Part shown: positions 9,209 through 20,399 of the stretch, piece after piece
Position numbering within the stretch: position 1 is the stretch's first letter
Layout of the letters: each line of letters starts with the position of its first letter
Assembly: GCF_000009045.1 (NCBI RefSeq)
Contig: NC_000964.3
Span: forward strand, 3,658,001-3,722,000
Direction of reading: 5' to 3'
DNA: 64,000 nt
Source: Bacillus subtilis subsp. subtilis str. 168
GTDB lineage: Bacteria > Bacillota > Bacilli > Bacillales > Bacillaceae
Notes under the pieces: generated by a model
The model's database searches: none
Told to the model about the DNA's origin: nothing
What the model saw: the letters and a program-made list of their open reading frames with translations, nothing else
Position numbers and translations under genes: made by a program

Positions 9209-11911
9209 TCATTTAGCAACTTTATTATTATCTAATTCCAAAATAGCATTATAAATACGATTCCTATTATTTTTATCAGTATATGCAAAAAAGTTATCTA
9301 CTCTTTTTCTATACTTATCTTCCATACGACTATTGTTTTTCATATAATAGATAACTTTATCCACTAAGCTATTATGATTTTCTAATACATCACCAAACCC
9401 CATTTTTTTATAATCATAATAATCAAGTTTAAAATGGTATGACTTTTCGTATTGATAATAAATAACAGGTTTTTTCTCATATGCAAAATCAAACGCAACA
9501 GATGAAAAATCAGTAATCATTATATTAGAAGAATTAAATAGCATTTGATAGCTGCTGTTATAGTCGGCAAACTCCACATAATCATGCTTTTCAAAGTCTA
9601 CAATCTGTTGCTGAATATCTGGGTGAGGAAAAAAAGTTATTTTATAATTATTTTTCTTAGCAAATTCGATTAGCCGTTCATCATTAATCAAAGCATTATA
9701 CCTAGAAAAATATTCACTATCTTTAAATTTCGGGTTGTACGGTCTTACTCCTTTTGCCTGATCTTTCGGTAATACAATATCTTTTCTCCAAGTCGGCATT
9801 ATTAGAAGTTGCTTTTCTCCCTCACTCTTCTTAAGATTATCGTATCTCGGAAATCCACCCAACAAAATATTCTCTTTTTTATAGTTGTAATTCCCTTTCA
9901 CAATAGACCGATATTCAGGTTTGGCAGAAGTGACTAATAATTTGATATTCTTGTTGTATTTGTTTAACCATTCAGAATGATCTGCCATTGTTATTCCGTG
10001 CTGTAAAAAGATAAACTCAAAGTTAAATAAATCTCTAAAATAAATCTCCATATTAAAAAATGGATTTACAACCCATATATCTGCATGTGTCGATATTACT
10101 TTGGAAGAGGATAAGGTTAAAATTTTATGTCTAAAAGATCTGTATGGTATGACCTTTCCATATTTTTTGATTCTGTCGTAATCCTTGCTATCTTTTTTTA
10201 TTATAAAGTATTTTTTTACCCCATCATTCTTGTTGATTGCATATTTAAAGAGGTGCTCGGCATTATCATCAGCTTTGTCTTGTCTGTCTATGAATAACCA
10301 TACTGGTTTTCTATTAAAAATAGTGAAAACATGGTGTACCATTCTTGCCATCAGTGCCTTCTTAATCGCTGATTTTCGTTTTTTTGATTTTTCCCCTGAT
10401 TTATGTAGGGATTTTAAGAAACGAAACTCTTTTATAAATCTATTTTTAAAATTGTTTTTTTTGAACATTAATTTTTTATAATTATAATAAAAAATATAAT
10501 CTTTTTTAGCCACATAAGTATTATATAAATCGTTTGACAAACCTGAATACTTGAAAAAACGAAGTTTTGTCAACTTCCTTTTTTTACCCTTAGTTATAAA
10601 AAACTCAATATGATGATTATCTGCTAGATGACCTTTGGGAATATCTATTGAAAAACCGGGATATTTTTTTATTACTTCTCCTAAACTTATATAATCATTA
10701 TGCTGTCTTTTTATATTCTTTGCTTTTATTTTTGTTTCGCCAATTTTAGCATAAAACTTAAAACCTTTAGAATTAAACAGCGAGCTCCAAAAGCCTTCTA
10801 TGTGAATGGAATCCTCATTTTCTTCTAAAATTTCAATAGTTAAAGTTTGATCCGATAATTTCGAAACAATTTTACCTTCTCTGTATAAATAATAATCCTG
10901 TTCAGTTTCTCTTTCATATACATACCTACTATAATTTTCACCGTGCTTTATTTTTAAAGCATGATATAAATAGAAATGGCTGACACTTTTTGTTTCAATG
11001 ATGACATCGTCGTCAATATACGACAATACTTCTCGAATCAATGTTAAAAATTCACTGTATTCATTTTCGTCTAAAGGTGTTTCACTGATATCCTTAATCA
11101 ATAATTTCCACTTCAAATCATGCATAACCATATATTGAAGAAATAAAGGTATTTTCTGTTCATGATTTTTTATAATATCGATTAAATTCTTTGAGAAAGT
11201 GATAAGTGAATGGTTAAACCAATTCTTATTTGCTTTAGCAGTCTGCATGGCAGATGATCCATCTTCTCTAACTCTATAATGGTATTTTGCCTCTTTAACC
11301 AGACCATACTTTTTCTTTTGCGATATGATTAAATTAACTAGTTTGGCATCTTCACCTATTTTACAATTTTCATCAAACCTGATATTTTTCAAGGCATCTT
11401 TTTTTATAAATGTAGAACAACAATGAGTTAATATATGATGCGGTTCTTTTTCTACATCCAAAATTCTTGTAGAAGAAAACTTATTATTTAGATTATGTTC
11501 TCCAGTTCTTCCTTCTGCAAAAAAAATAGGGATTGCTACAATATCAATTTCATTCTTATGTTCGTCAAAGAAGTTTAAAACATTTTCGAATGTTCCTTCT
11601 GAAACTAAATCATCCGGATCCAAAAATTGAATATATCTACCTTCAGCATACTTTAAACCATAATTTCGAGCACTGCTCACTCCGCCATTCTGTTTCTTTG
11701 CATAGACAATGTTATTGGGATATTTCTGAGCATATTCTTTACAAATGATTTCACTTTTATCGGGGCTATCATCATTCACCAGTATTAACTGAATATTCTC
11801 AAAACCAATAGTTTGGTTAATGATACTTTCTATAGCTTCAGTGAGATACAACTCAACATTATAAATCGGCATTATAACACTGAAATCATAGTTAAAACTT
11901 TTTTCGTTCAT
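9209..11911 (-). CDS. ggaB: Minor teichoic acid synthesis protein: GT2 domain plus C-terminal CDP-glycerol glycerophosphotransferase-like domain
   Basis: GT2 N-terminus (PIYN..DDS, LDPDD); LQHG, GFPRYD, MPTWR and ITDFSSV polymerase-family motifs; very AT-rich. Confidence 0.93.
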   Translation of the reverse strand: MNEKSFNYDFSVIMPIYNVELYLTEAIESIINQTIGFENIQLILVNDDSPDKSEIICKEYAQKYPNNIVYAKKQNGGVSSARNYGLKYAEGRYIQFLDPDDLVSEGTFENVLNFFDEHKNEIDIVAIPIFFAEGRTGEHNLNNKFSSTRILDVEKEPHHILTHCCSTFIKKDALKNIRFDENCKIGEDAKLVNLIISQKKKYGLVKEAKYHYRVREDGSSAMQTAKANKNWFNHSLITFSKNLIDIIKNHEQKIPLFLQYMVMHDLKWKLLIKDISETPLDENEYSEFLTLIREVLSYIDDDVIIETKSVSHFYLYHALKIKHGENYSRYVYERETEQDYYLYREGKIVSKLSDQTLTIEILEENEDSIHIEGFWSSLFNSKGFKFYAKIGETKIKAKNIKRQHNDYISLGEVIKKYPGFSIDIPKGHLADNHHIEFFITKGKKRKLTKLRFFKYSGLSNDLYNTYVAKKDYIFYYNYKKLMFKKNNFKNRFIKEFRFLKSLHKSGEKSKKRKSAIKKALMARMVHHVFTIFNRKPVWLFIDRQDKADDNAEHLFKYAINKNDGVKKYFIIKKDSKDYDRIKKYGKVIPYRSFRHKILTLSSSKVISTHADIWVVNPFFNMEIYFRDLFNFEFIFLQHGITMADHSEWLNKYNKNIKLLVTSAKPEYRSIVKGNYNYKKENILLGGFPRYDNLKKSEGEKQLLIMPTWRKDIVLPKDQAKGVRPYNPKFKDSEYFSRYNALINDERLIEFAKKNNYKITFFPHPDIQQQIVDFEKHDYVEFADYNSSYQMLFNSSNIMITDFSSVAFDFAYEKKPVIYYQYEKSYHFKLDYYDYKKMGFGDVLENHNSLVDKVIYYMKNNSRMEDKYRKRVDNFFAYTDKNNRNRIYNAILELDNNKVAK

Positions 11912-12034
11912 AAAAGATTACTCCTAACATAATGTTTATATGAATAAGAATTCGGGTAAATAAAATTAAGAAACAAGAGAGTACTAATTTTTGCAAAACA
12001 ATTTTAATTTAGTAAAATGTATGAAAAGCATTCC

Positions 12035-13375
12035 TTACCTTTTTTTAAAAACCCTTGTAAGCAAACTTTTAAAAATGTTCACATGGTTAAGTTCTAAAGA
12101 ATCATTTGGTGTTTTTAGTACAAAGTCAAATGCAAAGGCCCAAATCGGTATTTCGACAACAAAACCAGCATATCTAAAATCTCTTAATTTATATCCCCAT
12201 ACTTCAATTGTTTTTTTCAGTTCTTTTCGTTTGCATTTTTTTAATCTTTTAAAATATTTTATATATATTCTGTCATTTTCTTTCATCTCATAATACTGGT
12301 TAATAAAGTGCCCTGTTAATTCAAGTCTAAGCCCTTTTATTTTTGCCGAAGTAACAGTACATGAACTATGCAGTACTCTTTCTTTTTTTATATTTTCAAG
12401 AGCTTCTGTATTTTCTTTTAATAAGTGAAACATAAATTCTTTATAGTACATCGGCATATCTTGTTCTTTTATAAATTGCGGGTCAATAAATTTTAAAACT
12501 TTAATAAAATCATCAACAAAAACTCTTTGTTCTTGTTGATCTAAAACAGACTTATAAACATCTCTATAGTTCGGATATAAAAACAGTTTTATATGATATA
12601 CAATTAAAAATTGCAAATAAGGCAAAACTATATCATATTTGTTGAATGAATCCATCAACAAAGTCATGTAACATTCATTCAACAAATATGTGTACCTTTT
12701 TTTGTTAAACCATGAACGATCAACTAAAGAATCCTGTTCTTTCCGTTTTCTATAAAAATACTTTCCTTCTGCAACTGCTCCGTATCTTTTTTCTTTCAGT
12801 AATAACTGGTTAAAAAAGATAGCGTCTTCCCAAAACTTTATAGATTCATCAAAAAGGACGGTACTAGTTAGTGTATGTCTTCTGTAAAAAGTGCCGCCAA
12901 TATAAAAATGAATAGCTTTATAATCGTTGAGAATATTTATAACTCTTGTTCCTTTTTCAAATCTATTATTTAATTTATGTCCCCCTTCTTTTTCACCTGT
13001 GTAATAAACAGGTAATACCGCAATATTTACATGTTCGGAATCACAAAAAAAATCATAAACACTTTGCAGCGCATTTTGAGAGAATGCATCGTCAGAATCA
13101 AGAAAACCAATAAATTTAGATCTTTCGCTTACATTTGATAATCCACAATTTCTTGCAGCAGAAGGTCCAGAGTTTTCAATTTTCATGATTTTAATATTAT
13201 TAGGATATAGATTTTTAAAGGATTCACAAATTTGAGGACTGCTGTCAACACTACCATCATCTATTAATATCAGTTCTATATTTTCCTTAAATCCAATTGA
13301 CTGGTTAAGGACACTCTCTATTGAATATCTTAAATAATTTTCAGAATTATATATTGGTATAATTATAGAAAACAT
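12035..13375 (-). CDS. ggaA: Minor teichoic acid GT2 glycosyltransferase
   Basis: IIPIYN, IDDGS and FLDSDD GT2 motifs; AAAGAGG RBS. Confidence 0.93.
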   Translation of the reverse strand: MFSIIIPIYNSENYLRYSIESVLNQSIGFKENIELILIDDGSVDSSPQICESFKNLYPNNIKIMKIENSGPSAARNCGLSNVSERSKFIGFLDSDDAFSQNALQSVYDFFCDSEHVNIAVLPVYYTGEKEGGHKLNNRFEKGTRVINILNDYKAIHFYIGGTFYRRHTLTSTVLFDESIKFWEDAIFFNQLLLKEKRYGAVAEGKYFYRKRKEQDSLVDRSWFNKKRYTYLLNECYMTLLMDSFNKYDIVLPYLQFLIVYHIKLFLYPNYRDVYKSVLDQQEQRVFVDDFIKVLKFIDPQFIKEQDMPMYYKEFMFHLLKENTEALENIKKERVLHSSCTVTSAKIKGLRLELTGHFINQYYEMKENDRIYIKYFKRLKKCKRKELKKTIEVWGYKLRDFRYAGFVVEIPIWAFAFDFVLKTPNDSLELNHVNIFKSLLTRVFKKR

Positions 13376-13398
13376 GTTTGTACCTCTTTATTTAGAAG

Positions 13399-14106
13399 TT
13401 AAAGGATCGTTTCAATTACTCTTTTAGAAGCCTTGCCTCTTCTAAATTACAAAATTTATTATAAAAATCCTCATAGTTATGATCTATATAAGGATTATGT
13501 AACAACTCTTTTACCGTATCTATAAGTTCTTCACTTGTTTGAAGCAAGTTTCCTGGCGTTTTTTGCTGAAAATTAAAGTAAAAACCTCTGATACAGTCTC
13601 TATAAGCCGGGAGATCATACACAAAAAATACAAGGTTTTTTTAAAAATTCATATTATCAAAAAAGACAGAAGAATAATCCATAATCAATAAATCACTAAT
13701 TAAATATAAATCTCGAATATCTTTATTTAAAGAAACATCGTTCACAAAATATTTATATTTCCCTAATTAAATTGTTCTGAAACTGGATAATACCATTCTT
13801 ACAAGAATAACCATAGAGTCTCCAAGGTTCCCTCTTCATTTCCTCTAATCAAATTAAAGTTAAATTTATACTGGCCAGCTTTCTTAAAATTCATTATCCC
13901 GCAAAGTTGGTGCATATAAAATTATTTTTCTTTAATTCCTTATTTGATAATGTAGAATTGGTAGGGGATTGTAGCTAAACTGTTTCCAGAATAGCTTTCA
14001 AATAAAATTAATTTATTGTTTCTTGGCAGAAGGACAAAAATTTTAAACAAAACTGAATAAACTCTAACTAGTAAACTTCTGCAATTGGTTATAATAAAAA
14101 TTTCAT
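13399..14106 (-). pseudogene. Relic of a short TarF-type glycerophosphotransferase
   Basis: RBS AAGGAG + ATG at 14106. Fragments across several frameshifts and a large internal deletion: LLVRVYSVLFKIFVLLPRNNKLILFESYSG/QFSYNP, KIILYAPTLRD, DIRDLYLISDLLIMDYSSVFFD, RGFYFNF, SKRVIETIL*. Confidence 0.88.
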
Positions 14107-14200
14107 CAGTGAACTCCTTAAAGAGTGAAGATTAATATTTACGCAAACAAGAAAAAAAGAAGCAACTGAATTTACTTCAAGCCTCTTTTAGTTAGTGCTT

Positions 14201-14393
14201 CTATAAACTAGCCATATCTTTTCTGATTTGGGTAGTTGAAATGCCTGCTATTCTTGTAAGGTAAATGGCCTCATAGTATTCCTTTGTAGACAATCGTACG
14301 ATTAAGTAATCCCAGGTTCTTTTGCTCTTTCCAGTAGCTTCATATGTCCATAGTGAAATAAATCAAACATTCCGTACGTATCACTTTCTTCAT
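14201..14393 (-). pseudogene. Relic of a TarD/TagD glycerol-3-phosphate cytidylyltransferase
   Basis: RBS GGAAGGTG; MKKVI/TYGMFDLFHYGHMKLLERAK/DYLIVRLST joined to EYYEAIYLTRIAGISTTQIRKDMASL*; two 1-nt frameshifts and about 65 codons deleted relative to TagD at 22581-22970. Confidence 0.88.
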
Positions 14394-14498
14394 TAGATAA
14401 CATCACCTTCCAACCTTTTCCAACTTAGAAAAAACAAAAATCCTTAACTGATTGTTTATCATTTCGACATATTTTTTACGTTCCATTAATAATAAACA

Positions 14499-14527
14499 AT
14501 AATAGCATATGTTCCTATAAAAGTTAA
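14499..14527 (-). promoter_or_regulatory. Relic SigA promoter homologous to PtagD
   Basis: TTAACT-17-TATTAT with TG extension; flanks share TCGACATATTT and ATAGCATA with the tagD promoter. Confidence 0.6.
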
Positions 14528-14673
14528 GGCTCTTTAAAAATGTAAATCATCAGCACTTTTTGACAATATCGTTGCATTGATGTGTATTTTTTACAGATCT
14601 GATATCTTATCTATACTCATTACAACAAGTTTTCTATTCCGGAAGAGTCAATTCTTTTTGTCGCGTTTTCAAG

Positions 14674-14699
14674 TGTAATGATTTTCTTTCTGCTGCGTC
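14674..14699 (+). promoter_or_regulatory. ECF (SigX/SigM-like) promoter in the relic divergon
   Basis: TGTAAT-16-CGTC versus consensus tGtAAC-16-CGTC. Confidence 0.5.
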
Positions 14700-14860
14700 A
14701 TTTATTTTGTACGCCCTCCTCATATTACTTCATCGTCAAAACGTGAAGGAATTGTAATACGTAGTTCCTAAAAATTTTCGTGGTAAAATTTAGTGAAGTC
14801 TTTATCAGGCTAAGGGACTTTATCTAAACTACGAATTACATATGGAGATATATAGATGAA

Positions 14861-14899
14861 AAGGAGGGTTGATATGATATAAACGAAAATCAATTAGAT
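14861..14899 (+). pseudogene. Possible tarA/tagA 5' stub
   Basis: Perfect AAGGAGG then ATG ATA TAA ACG AAA ATC AAT (M-I-*-T-K-I-N, compare TagA MQTETIHN), divergent from the tarD relic; very short, so weak. Confidence 0.4.
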
Positions 14900-14941
14900 A
14901 AAGGAAAAACTGAACACTTCTGAAAAAAGTGATAAGTTTCT

Positions 14942-17159
<2,218 letters not shown>

Positions 17160-17166
17160 TTACGTA

Positions 17167-17994
17167 TTAAAGAAAGTCAACAAACTTGTCTCTGAATTTC
17201 ATATGCAGGATAGAACCTACTAACAATAAAAGGAATGTGAACAACCAAAAGTACAGCGTGTACTTCATGTCATGGAAAAACCATGCTCCATCTAAGAAGC
17301 TGTTCCGGAATCCTTCAATAATATAGAATAGTGGATTCAACTTCAGAACAGGCACTAATTCGGGGTGGCTTTGACCGAGTTTCGCATTAACATCCCAAAA
17401 AATTGGCAACAAGAAAAACAAAAGTCTTGTTACGGCCTGCAGCAAAAATTGATAATCTCTAATCAGCACACTGATCGTTGAGTTAAACAAACTAAACGAA
17501 AACATAAAAGCAATCATACAGATGAAGTAATAAATATATTGTAACCAATGCACACTCGGGAACACACCATTAACTAGGAGTACAATGATATAAATCACCA
17601 TCATGATCATATAACTAAATAAGTTAGATGCAATTGCCACGGACGGTAGAGAACTAATCGGGAAGTTCATTTTAGCCACCATATTAATGCGCTTAAATAC
17701 ACTATTTGATCCATCAAGTATAGTTGGACTGATGAAAAACCATGGGATTAATCCTGCCAGCATCCAAATAATAAAAGGCACTTCGCCCGCTCCGGTTGTC
17801 ACAGGACCGCCCTTTCTAATCCCCATACCAAATACGAACCAGTAGGCCAGCATTTGGATAAGCGGATTTAAGAACTGCCATAAGACACCTAAATAATTCA
17901 TTTGATATTTAGACTTGGTTTCATAAGCCGCCAATCTTAAAATTAAAGGAAATGACGTTATTTGCTCTCTGAGTATACGCAACAAATCATTCAT
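17167..17994 (-). CDS. tagG: Teichoic acid ABC exporter permease
   Basis: ABC-2 permease with [12 protein letters not shown] and [12 protein letters not shown] motifs. Confidence 0.97.
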
Positions 17995-18063
17995 TTTTTA
18001 TCTTCCTTAGACTTAATTGTTTTTGGGAATCTTTCTGTTTAAAATTTGAAAGCACCGCTGATT

Positions 18064-18092
18064 ATTGTAACAGATCCTGCATTTTTTTTCAC
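18064..18092 (-). promoter_or_regulatory. Probable SigA promoter of tagGH
   Basis: GTGAAA-17-TACAAT with TG extension. Confidence 0.6.
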
Positions 18093-18158
18093 TTCTCAAC
18101 AAGTATCTAAAAAGCTGCCGAAAAATCGACAGCTATACATTTTATAAAATAACCTAAA

Positions 18159-20399
18159 TTATTCAGCTTTAAATACAGTATTAACAACCTTTTCAGATGA
18201 ACGTCCTGACTCTAAATAGCAAAACTTATCATAGAAAGGACCAAAAGAAACCGGAAGCTTATAATCAGGCGATGAGATCTGCTTGATAGCCTCAATCGTT
18301 TCTTCAGTAGTTTTTACCAAAGGACCAGGAGCTTCTTTTTCAAAATCAAAGTAGAAACCACGCAACTTGTCCCGGTAGGTTTCGATGTCAGGGACAAAGA
18401 ATAGCATTGGCCGTTTTAAATTTGCAAAATCAAAGAATACTGAAGAATAATCAGTAATCAGCAAATCAGAAACCATATACAATTCTCGAATATCCTCATA
18501 AGCAGAAAAATCATATGCAAATCCTTCAAAAGGACCTAAATCAAAATTCTCAGCTACCAGATAATGCATTCTTAAGATTACAATATATTCATTTCCAAGT
18601 TCTTGTCTAAGTTGATGCAAATCTAAATCGAGATCGAACTTATAACGCCCTTTTGCATAGAACTGATCATCTCTCCATGTAGGGGCATATAAAATAACCT
18701 TTTTATCACGAGGAATATTTAACCTACTCTTTATCAATGATATTGTTTCCTCATTATTATCATTATGAAGAAAATCATTTCTAGGATATCCAGATTCAAT
18801 CATTGTCTTGTTAAACTGAAACGCCCGTGTAAAGATCTCAGTTGAATAACCATTTGGGGAAATCAAGTAATCCCAATTAGAAGCTTCCTTGATAAAATTC
18901 CTTTTATATTTTTTGGTGTTTGTACCAGGCATATGGACTTCTTCCATATCCATTGCAAGTCTTTTTAAAGGTGTGCCATGCCATGTTTGTAAATATGTTG
19001 TATGACTAGGTTTCGGAATCCATAATGGAAGCCGGCTGTTAACAACCCAATACTCAGCTCTTGCCATAGCGAAGAGCCATTTTAATGAGAGGCGATTAAT
19101 GTAAGGAATTCCCTTTTCATCAAAAGGCGCTGAATATTGTTTATTTACACTCCAATACATTTTATACTCAGGGTGGTTTTCCCGCATATATTCGTAAATC
19201 GCTCTCGGATTACAACTGTATTGTTTCCCATTAAAACTTTCAAAAATGACTGTTTTCCTTTTAACTGGCATTCTGCTAGCCATCATGAATAGAGATTTGT
19301 ATGTTTTAGTGATTAACTTGTTTCTCATTTTTGTGATCTTTTTTATTTTTGATACTAATCTCTTCTTCTTTCCTTTAATAAAGTATTTCATCCTTGTTTT
19401 CAGGCTATAGTCGTTTACTCTGATACCTAGAGTCTGCTTTTTCTTTTTCTTAAAGACTTCATAACGAACTGGTGCGTTGTTTGTTTTAATAATACTTACT
19501 AATCCTTTTAATTTGTTTTTTCGATCTCCTAAAACAAGAGCAGTGCTGTTGAACTGAATATCCGTTCCTTCATCGTCATTGCATATATACTCCATAAAAA
19601 GACGATAAACATAACGTTTTTCATTTGAGAAAGGAATTTCTTTCAAAGGCACTTTCACTTCAAAATCATACAGTTCCGGAACAAAACCATCTGCTCTCAT
19701 GTTTTCCAGGCCATGTGTTTTTCTTTCTAGCTTGATTGGAAATTTTTCCTCAATAGGTGTTTCTCCACCCTTTTTTAAAATAAGGTTCAAGTTTTTTATC
19801 CGATATTGATTTTCGGAACTCAGGTACCCCGCATAACCTGTTATGCTTATTTCTTCAGAGCTAATCTCGATTTGATCAAATCTGATGATTTTGGCCTCTC
19901 TTTTCACCTTAATAGAAAAGTTGCCTTTATCAGTTGTATAAGGTAAAATCAAAAGTTCTGTGGTTTGATCGACATGAAAGGCGCGCTCAATTGAATTTAC
20001 TTCAGCAGAAAGACGCTTCAAGAGTGGTTCCTGCTCCGCATCTTCATATTTTTTTCGAAATTCGACATAAAAATCATATGTTTGTCCCATTTCAACAGGC
20101 ATAGGCAAAACATGAGCATTTATCTCAGTTTTATACTCTAATGAGCCAGTGTTTTGAAGCGGAAATTCAGATTCCGTTCCTGAACGTCTCTCTTTCAGCT
20201 TTAAAAATAACTGGTAATCCTCTAAAAATTGGTGTTCTGAATCAATTGAGATTAACAATTCAAGACTTCCTAAATTGTTTTTCAAGCTTTTCAAAATACA
20301 TTTAATCACAGTGTTTTCAATCATTACTTTTTTCTGCTCCTCTGTATAAAAGCTCTTTCCTTTTTGCTTCCTTTTATTAGTGTCAACTACTAAGGACAT
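18159..20399 (-). CDS. tagF: Poly(glycerol phosphate) teichoic acid polymerase
   Basis: FESFNGKQYSCNP, QTWHGTPLK, GYPRND, YAPTWRD and ITDYSSVFFD motifs; start overlaps the tagE stop (TAATG). Confidence 0.97.
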   Translation of the reverse strand: MSLVVDTNKRKQKGKSFYTEEQKKVMIENTVIKCILKSLKNNLGSLELLISIDSEHQFLEDYQLFLKLKERRSGTESEFPLQNTGSLEYKTEINAHVLPMPVEMGQTYDFYVEFRKKYEDAEQEPLLKRLSAEVNSIERAFHVDQTTELLILPYTTDKGNFSIKVKREAKIIRFDQIEISSEEISITGYAGYLSSENQYRIKNLNLILKKGGETPIEEKFPIKLERKTHGLENMRADGFVPELYDFEVKVPLKEIPFSNEKRYVYRLFMEYICNDDEGTDIQFNSTALVLGDRKNKLKGLVSIIKTNNAPVRYEVFKKKKKQTLGIRVNDYSLKTRMKYFIKGKKKRLVSKIKKITKMRNKLITKTYKSLFMMASRMPVKRKTVIFESFNGKQYSCNPRAIYEYMRENHPEYKMYWSVNKQYSAPFDEKGIPYINRLSLKWLFAMARAEYWVVNSRLPLWIPKPSHTTYLQTWHGTPLKRLAMDMEEVHMPGTNTKKYKRNFIKEASNWDYLISPNGYSTEIFTRAFQFNKTMIESGYPRNDFLHNDNNEETISLIKSRLNIPRDKKVILYAPTWRDDQFYAKGRYKFDLDLDLHQLRQELGNEYIVILRMHYLVAENFDLGPFEGFAYDFSAYEDIRELYMVSDLLITDYSSVFFDFANLKRPMLFFVPDIETYRDKLRGFYFDFEKEAPGPLVKTTEETIEAIKQISSPDYKLPVSFGPFYDKFCYLESGRSSEKVVNTVFKAE

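Noticed and set aside
13416-13622. 68-aa ORF as a gene
   Set aside because: Internal piece of the frameshifted tarF-type relic
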